DNA from: an uncultured Leptospiraceae bacterium
GTDB lineage: Bacteria; Spirochaetota; DYNZ01
Assembly: GCA_964501965.1 (NCBI GenBank)
Contig: CAZCVM010000003.1
Location: forward strand, 1 to 42,806
Reading direction: 5' to 3'
Length of the DNA stretch: 42,806 nucleotides
Shown: in pieces, positions 37,114 through 42,806 of the stretch
How the letters are laid out: each line of letters opens with the position of its first letter
How positions within the stretch are numbered: the first letter of the stretch is position 1
Notes under the pieces: generated by a model
Database searches by the model: none
What the model saw: only the letters and a program-made list of their open reading frames with translations
What the model was told of the DNA's origin: nothing
Program-made: the position numbers and the translations under genes

Positions 37114-37782
37114 TTATTTAATTTGTCCTGATGGCCAAATATGCATCCCGATGTCTGTTCCTAGCATTTTTTGGATTAAAAATTGGGCTACAGTCTTGCC
37201 TTGAACTGGTTTGTAATCTTTTAAAGGACCAGCCATAAATGGCGAGATTAGGCCGCTCATTTTTTTGCCAATTTCTTCCCCAAAACGAAAATCTTCACGT
37301 TTGCCCAAAAGCAATGACGGACGGACAATGTGCAATGTTTGCAGATTGATTTTTTGCAAATCCTGCTCCATTTCTCCTTTGACACGCAAATAATAGGACA
37401 TTGATTGGCTGTTGGCTCCCATGGAGCTGACTACAGCCATTTTTTGTGCACCATTGGCCCGGGCCCATTGAGCCAATAGCAAGGGAAAATCGTGATCCAC
37501 CTGATAAAAGGCTTCTTTGGAACCAGCTTTTTTTTGTGTTGTTCCCAGAGCGCAATAAATGTGTTCTGGTTTTATGCGGGCACTATCCAATATTTTGTCC
37601 AATCGAGAAAAATCCGAAACCATAGACCGAATGCGGTTTGATGATCCAGGCCAGGCTGTTGTTCTACGTGCTAGGACAATTATGGTTTCATATTCATTTT
37701 TGCACTGCTCGTCTTGTGATAATATTTGGACTAGATGTCGACCAATAAGACCTGTGGCACCGGCCACTAAAGCTGTTTTCAT
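37114..37782 (-). CDS. NAD(P)H-binding oxidoreductase (HTATIP2/YraR-like atypical SDR)
   Basis: GATGLIG, CALGTT, VSSMGA, YLRVKGE, RPSLLLG. Confidence 0.9.
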   Translation of the reverse strand: MKTALVAGATGLIGRHLVQILSQDEQCKNEYETIIVLARRTTAWPGSSNRIRSMVSDFSRLDKILDSARIKPEHIYCALGTTQKKAGSKEAFYQVDHDFPLLLAQWARANGAQKMAVVSSMGANSQSMSYYLRVKGEMEQDLQKINLQTLHIVRPSLLLGKREDFRFGEEIGKKMSGLISPFMAGPLKDYKPVQGKTVAQFLIQKMLGTDIGMHIWPSGQIK

Positions 37783-37928
37783 GAAGACTCCTCTGGTTTA
37801 TTATAGAAATCTAAGTGTTCAAGCTTTCCATATTATTGCTAAGAAAATAGTTTTACCACTTTCAGAATAGTATAAAAAATACTTGCTTTCATTGTCAAGC
37901 GACAATTGCTTAATATATGTTTTGTTGA

Positions 37929-38963
37929 CTATTGATTTTGCCAGCGCAGAGATGATGCTTTGAAAATGAGAAAAATTTCTTTGCCTGGTAATAGAGCCAT
38001 TGTTTCTGCAGCATGGCGTGTTATTGTGCAATGCAATTTTAAATCAGAGATTTCTACTATTACAAAAAGTGAATCGTGTTGGGAAATTGCACTCATATTT
38101 TGGATTTTACCGCGCAATATATTTTGCGCGGAAATTTGTTTTGGTTTTTGGTTGGAAAGAATTATGTCTGTTGGACTCAACAATGCATAAGCATTCGAAT
38201 AAGGCGGTTGGGTGGCAAATATTTTTTCTCCATTAAATAAGGTGTGCTGCCAAAGATCATCCACTGCGTGTTGCCAGGGCCCGTAAAAGATATTGTCCCT
38301 TCCATGCCCAATGATTTTTCCCTGTTGCATTTTAAAAATATTTTCACAAATATTGTTTAACCAGTAGTAGTCATGACTGGATACAATGATTGTTGTTTGT
38401 TTTTTTTCTTTTAATCGCAAAATTGTTTGAGTAATGATTTGACCGCTTTCCGTGTCCACACTGGCTATGGGTTCATCAAGAATCAATACACGCGGCTTGA
38501 AAATCAATCGGCTCGCTAAAGCGATTCGTTGCGCTTCCCCGCCAGATAACTCATGACCGCGACGATGAGAATATTGACTATACAGCAAACCAACTTCATG
38601 CAGTGCTTCAGCCGCTAAATCTTGAAGTTTTCTTTTGTCCATTGATTTGATTTGCCGTACCCGCAGGCCGAAAATAACATTATTAAACACGGATTGTTTG
38701 AGCAAATATGGAGATTGAGGCAACATGGTGATTTCCCTTTTTTGTGTTAAGGATATTTCAGGGTTTCCATGATACAAAATAGTGCCATTATTTGGTGTGT
38801 CCAGAAACGCTAATATGCGCATTAGAGTGCTCTTTCCGCTGCCATTGGCACCGGCGAGGCCGATGATATCTCCGTTATTGATCTGCATGGCAGGGATATG
38901 CAGGTAAAAGTCCGTTGATGCGGTAAAGCCTAAATTTTCAATTTGGTAAGCTGGTGTATTCAT
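37929..38963 (-). CDS. tupC: Tungstate ABC transporter ATP-binding subunit with C-terminal TOBE domain
   Basis: Walker A GANGSGKST, LSGGEAQR, ILDEP; TOBE pattern SAQNILRG...FKAS; follows tupAB. Confidence 0.88.
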   Translation of the reverse strand: MNTPAYQIENLGFTASTDFYLHIPAMQINNGDIIGLAGANGSGKSTLMRILAFLDTPNNGTILYHGNPEISLTQKREITMLPQSPYLLKQSVFNNVIFGLRVRQIKSMDKRKLQDLAAEALHEVGLLYSQYSHRRGHELSGGEAQRIALASRLIFKPRVLILDEPIASVDTESGQIITQTILRLKEKKQTTIIVSSHDYYWLNNICENIFKMQQGKIIGHGRDNIFYGPWQHAVDDLWQHTLFNGEKIFATQPPYSNAYALLSPTDIILSNQKPKQISAQNILRGKIQNMSAISQHDSLFVIVEISDLKLHCTITRHAAETMALLPGKEIFLIFKASSLRWQNQ

Positions 38964-38981
38964 TGTTAGTTCATTTTTAGT

Positions 38982-39677
38982 TTATTGTTTGTTCAATTTT
39001 TTTACTAAAATTAAAAACCAGTTCGCGACAAATCCAATAAAAAGCAATACAAGCCCCAAAGCAATGCCCATAGCAAAATCCCCTTTGCCGGTTTCCAATG
39101 CCATAGCTGTGGTAATCGTGCGCGTGTCCCATTTGATATTGCCGCCGATCATCATGGAAATACCTACTTCAGAAATTGCGCGGCTATACCCGGTGATAAT
39201 CGCGGCCATGACAGCAAAGCGGGCTTCCAAAATTGTGTGAAGAAATTGTTGCTTTGTGTTCGCTCCTAAAGTTTTCATGGTTATTGCTGCGCGTGGGTCT
39301 AGACTTTCAATGGCTGTTGCCGTGAGTGAGGTTATGATCGGAAAAATGAGAATGGCTTGGGCCAGGGCAATGCCGGTTATCGTGAACAAAAGTTCGTATT
39401 CACCCAGGGGAGCGCGACGGGAGATGAAAGCATAAGCAACAAGGCCCACGACCACTGTGGGCAAAGACAAAAGCGTATCTACAATCAGTCGGAAAATGCG
39501 TTTGCCCGGGAAAGAAAAATATCCCAGTGCAAAACCTGCAGGCAGACCAAACAATATGCTGATTATTATAGATAAAGAAGATGTTTGAAGCGTAGCATAG
39601 ACAGCAGAAAATGTTTCTTCATCCCATGCTAGCAACAAACGCATTGCTTCATAAAAACCTTCAGATAAAAAATTCAT
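38982..39677 (-). CDS. tupB: Tungstate ABC transporter permease
   Basis: LPTVVVGL, RAISEVG, GGNIKWDTRTITTA; follows tupA. Confidence 0.92.
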   Translation of the reverse strand: MNFLSEGFYEAMRLLLAWDEETFSAVYATLQTSSLSIIISILFGLPAGFALGYFSFPGKRIFRLIVDTLLSLPTVVVGLVAYAFISRRAPLGEYELLFTITGIALAQAILIFPIITSLTATAIESLDPRAAITMKTLGANTKQQFLHTILEARFAVMAAIITGYSRAISEVGISMMIGGNIKWDTRTITTAMALETGKGDFAMGIALGLVLLFIGFVANWFLILVKKLNKQ

Positions 39678-39808
39678 TTAATCTAAAACCACTTTATTGA
39701 CCACTTTGATTTTTTATTTATGCCCAACAGAGATGTTTGTTGCATCTTTTTTTTGTGCTGCTATCTAAAAAACCACAATACCCAGGGTATATAAAGTCAA
39801 GGAATAGG

Positions 39809-40639
39809 CTATTTTTTAGCATTGGGCGTAAACAATTTTTTATGTATCAATTTGAAATTTCCAATAATTTTTTGAGCATCTGGACTAACCATCCATTGAA
39901 TAAACCTTCTGGCCAAATCATTTTGTGTGTTTTTACATCTTGCAGGATTTACTTCTATCAGGCTATATTGGTTGAGCAATTCTTTATCTCCTTCGTTTAT
40001 AATAATCAATGGCGGTTTTCCTTTGTGATTGCTTTCGTATTTGATGTATGTACCTCGGTCGGTCATGGTGTATGCGTCGCGTTCGGCTGCAATGTTGATT
40101 GTGTTTATCATGCCTTGACCGGTTTGAATATACCATTTTTCTTTGTCCGGCACTTTTAGGCCAGCGGCCGCCCACAGTGATCTTTCTTTTTTGTGTGTCC
40201 CTGAATTGTCATTGCGGCTGGCAAACTGTGTTTTTTTTGCCATGATTTGTTTGAAGGAATCTATCACATTTTTTCCTTTGAGGCTAGCTGGATCATTTTG
40301 AGGACCCACAATGATAAAATCATTGTACATAATTTGTGTGCGGTTTATTCCGAAACCTTGTTGTATATATTTTTTCTCTGCTGCGGGTGCGTGCACAAAA
40401 AGTATATCCACATCGCAATTTTTGCCGAGTTCCAGTGCTTTACCTGTGCCAACCGCAACCCATTTGAGATCGATTTGCGTGCCTTGTTTGATTTTGGGCG
40501 CGAGAAAATCCAACAGACCCGTATTGTCTGTACTCGTGGTAGTAGCCATTCTAAGGGTCATATCTTTGGCTTTGGGTTGACAGCCAAATCCTGTTATAAA
40601 AAAAATAGTTGTTAGTAAAGTTATTATTGTTTTTTTCAT
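39809..40639 (-). CDS. tupA: Tungstate ABC transporter substrate-binding lipoprotein
   Basis: Lipobox-like TGFGC; TupA signature ATTTS; GTGKAL, VHAP, SRNDNSGTH, DRGTY. Confidence 0.93.
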   Translation of the reverse strand: MKKTIITLLTTIFFITGFGCQPKAKDMTLRMATTTSTDNTGLLDFLAPKIKQGTQIDLKWVAVGTGKALELGKNCDVDILFVHAPAAEKKYIQQGFGINRTQIMYNDFIIVGPQNDPASLKGKNVIDSFKQIMAKKTQFASRNDNSGTHKKERSLWAAAGLKVPDKEKWYIQTGQGMINTINIAAERDAYTMTDRGTYIKYESNHKGKPPLIIINEGDKELLNQYSLIEVNPARCKNTQNDLARRFIQWMVSPDAQKIIGNFKLIHKKLFTPNAKK

Positions 40640-40888
40640 TATATTTGTTTTATTTTTATAAAGTTTCTAAAAATTTATTTTAGGACTTAAATCATTAAAG
40701 AGTTTTTTTTGCAAATCTTTTTCGCTATTTTTTTTTATTTAACAATCAGCTAATAATTCTTTTGTTTGGTTGTGTAAAACAATTTTTATTTGTCTTTAAC
40801 TTGTTTTTTACATATAAAATGAATGTGAAATGCGGCTTTATCACACTCGAATCAATACTATTAAGAAAAAAAGGTGCAATAGAAACAA

Positions 40889-42211
40889 ATGGGACCACGG
40901 ATTACCAGGTATTTGCAAAATTCGCATGGATTTATTTTTTCTGGCTATGCGATTTTTGCTGCTTTTATGACTTATTTTAGTATGTATGCGTTTCGCAAAC
41001 CTTTTTCTGTGGCAATATTTGAAGGTCATGTGCTTTTGCCCGGGCTGCCTGCGCTGGATTACAAAATACTGCTTATCATTAGTCAAGTAATGGGCTATAC
41101 TCTTTCAAAATTTTATGGCATTAAATTTGTTTCTGAAATTTCGGGAAAAAATCGAGCTACGGCAATTGCTTTGCTTATCGGTATCGCCGAATTGTCACTG
41201 TTGCTATTTGCTATTGTACCAGCTCCTTTCAATGCATTTTTCTTGTTTATCAATGGCATACCCCTGGGTATGATCTGGGGCCTGGTTTTTGGTTTTTTAG
41301 AAGGTCGAAAGTTTACGGAAGCTTTAGGAGCTGGTTTGAGCGCGAGTTTTATCATCGCCAGTGGTGTGGTAAAAAGTATTGGTAAATTCTTTCTGGATAT
41401 GGGCATCAGTGAATTTTGGATGCCTTTTTTTGTTGGATTGGTCTTTTTGCCCATTATTTATTTTTTTGTATGGATGCTCAAGCTTTTGCCGGAACCAACC
41501 GCAGAAGATGAAAGGCTTCGCACAAAACGCGAGCCCATGAACAGCCAACGGCGACGTGAATTTCTGGCATTGTATTTTCCCGGAATATTTTTCTTAACCA
41601 TATTGTATATGTTTTTAACTGCATACAGAGATTTTAGAGACAATTTTGCGCGGGAAATATGGGCGGCTTTAGGCTTTTCAGATCCAAGTGTTTTTACTGT
41701 GCCAGAGCTGGTTATATCTTTTGGAGTGCTCCTGGTGTTGGGTCTGATGTTCAAAATTAAGAAAAATAAAACAGCACTTTTTACTATTATCGGGATAATG
41801 ATTTTGGGAGCTGTGATGATAGGCTTTGCTACATTTGCATTCCAAAAACAATGGATTTCCGGCTATTCCTGGATGTTGTTTGTCGGTCTGGGGCTTTATA
41901 TTGCTTATGTGCCGTATGGCTGCATTGTATTTGAGCGAATGATTGCAACTTTGGGTTTTGTGGGAACAGCTGGATTTCTAATTTATATTACGGATGCGTT
42001 TGGTTACCTGGGCAGTGTTTTTTTATTGCTGTACAAAAATTTTGGTACACCCAATCTAAGCTGGCTGGATTTCTTTATTAAGTTTTCCTACATAACGTCT
42101 ATCGTTGCCATTGTTTTTTATCTTATTTCCCTTATTTATTTTATGCGCAAGCTCCGTGTGCAACGTCTTCAACAAAAAAATCAAAATGAATTGACAGGTG
42201 GCAATGCTTAG
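40889..42211 (+). CDS. DUF5690-family multi-pass membrane protein (putative transporter)
   Basis: YFSMYAFRKPF, GYTLSKFYGIK, FLEGRK, RDFRDNF, GFLIYITDAFGYLGS. Confidence 0.82.
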   Translation: MGPRITRYLQNSHGFIFSGYAIFAAFMTYFSMYAFRKPFSVAIFEGHVLLPGLPALDYKILLIISQVMGYTLSKFYGIKFVSEISGKNRATAIALLIGIAELSLLLFAIVPAPFNAFFLFINGIPLGMIWGLVFGFLEGRKFTEALGAGLSASFIIASGVVKSIGKFFLDMGISEFWMPFFVGLVFLPIIYFFVWMLKLLPEPTAEDERLRTKREPMNSQRRREFLALYFPGIFFLTILYMFLTAYRDFRDNFAREIWAALGFSDPSVFTVPELVISFGVLLVLGLMFKIKKNKTALFTIIGIMILGAVMIGFATFAFQKQWISGYSWMLFVGLGLYIAYVPYGCIVFERMIATLGFVGTAGFLIYITDAFGYLGSVFLLLYKNFGTPNLSWLDFFIKFSYITSIVAIVFYLISLIYFMRKLRVQRLQQKNQNELTGGNA

Positions 42212-42252
42212 TTTTGTGTTTATGCTCAAACGAATATATTTTGAGATAAAAA

Positions 42253-42806
42253 ATGAAATACAAAGCCGTACTATTTGATTTTGATGATACCCTGGTCCAA
42301 ACCAAAAAGACCAAAACCCAGGCTCTCAAAGAGCTGGGTAAGACATTGTTTCAAAAAAATGTAACTGACAATGACATTAACCAATACTGGGGGTTGCCAT
42401 ATAAGGAGTTTATTGCCAGACTTTTTGAAATAGATATACAGCAATTGAATGATCATATTCATTATTACAGACAATTGAGCTTAAAATATCCGCAAAAACC
42501 TTATCCTGATACTTTGCAAATCATTGAGCAATTGGCTCAAAAATATGAGCTAGGTATTGTTACAGCTACATCCGCTTACGCGCTGGAATATCAACTAAAA
42601 GAAGTCCAATTGAGTGCATCATTTTTTTGTTTTGCGCAAACTGCGGATGATTCAGCATTCCATAAACCGGATCCTAGAGTTTTTGATCCAGCTTTGGATT
42701 TTTTTGCAGCGAAAAGTATTTTTAAGGATCAACTGGTTTATGTGGGAGATTCTTTGCGTGATTTTTTTGCGGCACGCGACGCGGGCATAGATTTTATAGG
42801 TATTGC
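42253..42806 (+). CDS. HAD-superfamily hydrolase (subfamily IA), 3' end truncated by the window
   Basis: Not in ORF track. Manual translation MKYKAVLFDFDDTLV..., then GIVTA, HKPDP, YVGDSLRD...ARDAG. Confidence 0.9.
   Translation, partial: MKYKAVLFDFDDTLVQTKKTKTQALKELGKTLFQKNVTDNDINQYWGLPYKEFIARLFEIDIQQLNDHIHYYRQLSLKYPQKPYPDTLQIIEQLAQKYELGIVTATSAYALEYQLKEVQLSASFFCFAQTADDSAFHKPDPRVFDPALDFFAAKSIFKDQLVYVGDSLRDFFAARDAGIDFIGI

Noticed and set aside
40640-40888. Moco/tungsten riboswitch or ModE box upstream of tupA
   Set aside because: Very AT-rich with no recognisable stems or consensus; an Rfam scan would be needed.

Overview
AT-rich, gene-dense bacterial chromosome segment with about 40 CDS and no recognisable rRNA, tRNA, CRISPR array, transposase or prophage. 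Several genes look spirochaete-like (DUF1577-like PilZ protein, large membrane-anchored SpoIIE phosphatase, giant acidic protein), suggesting a Leptospira-related or uncultured Spirochaetota lineage; this is inference. The most interesting part is the minus-strand cluster at ~1-5700: an FnIII-like membrane protein, an Na+/solute symporter, a 41-aa membrane peptide missing from the ORF track, an aspartate-carbamoyltransferase paralogue that has lost its aspartate side-chain binding residues, an AsnB-type amidotransferase, and sthA (also missing from the track). I propose that it makes and transports an N-carbamoyl amino-acid amide, possibly the compatible solute N-alpha-carbamoyl-L-glutamine 1-amide, whose genes I do not know to be described. 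The rest contains thrS, dCMP deaminase beside a degenerate ComEA-like gene, a 1.1-kaa acidic repeat protein, several atypical signalling proteins (Asp-to-Glu receiver, Ser-to-Ala STAS, STAS fusion, HD-GYP with four N-terminal modules), an orphan DNA methyltransferase, a lone TAXI protein, an isolated GspI/GspJ-like pair, pabB/pabC, tupABC and a DUF5690-HAD pair. All family calls come from motif recognition by eye; no database searches were run.
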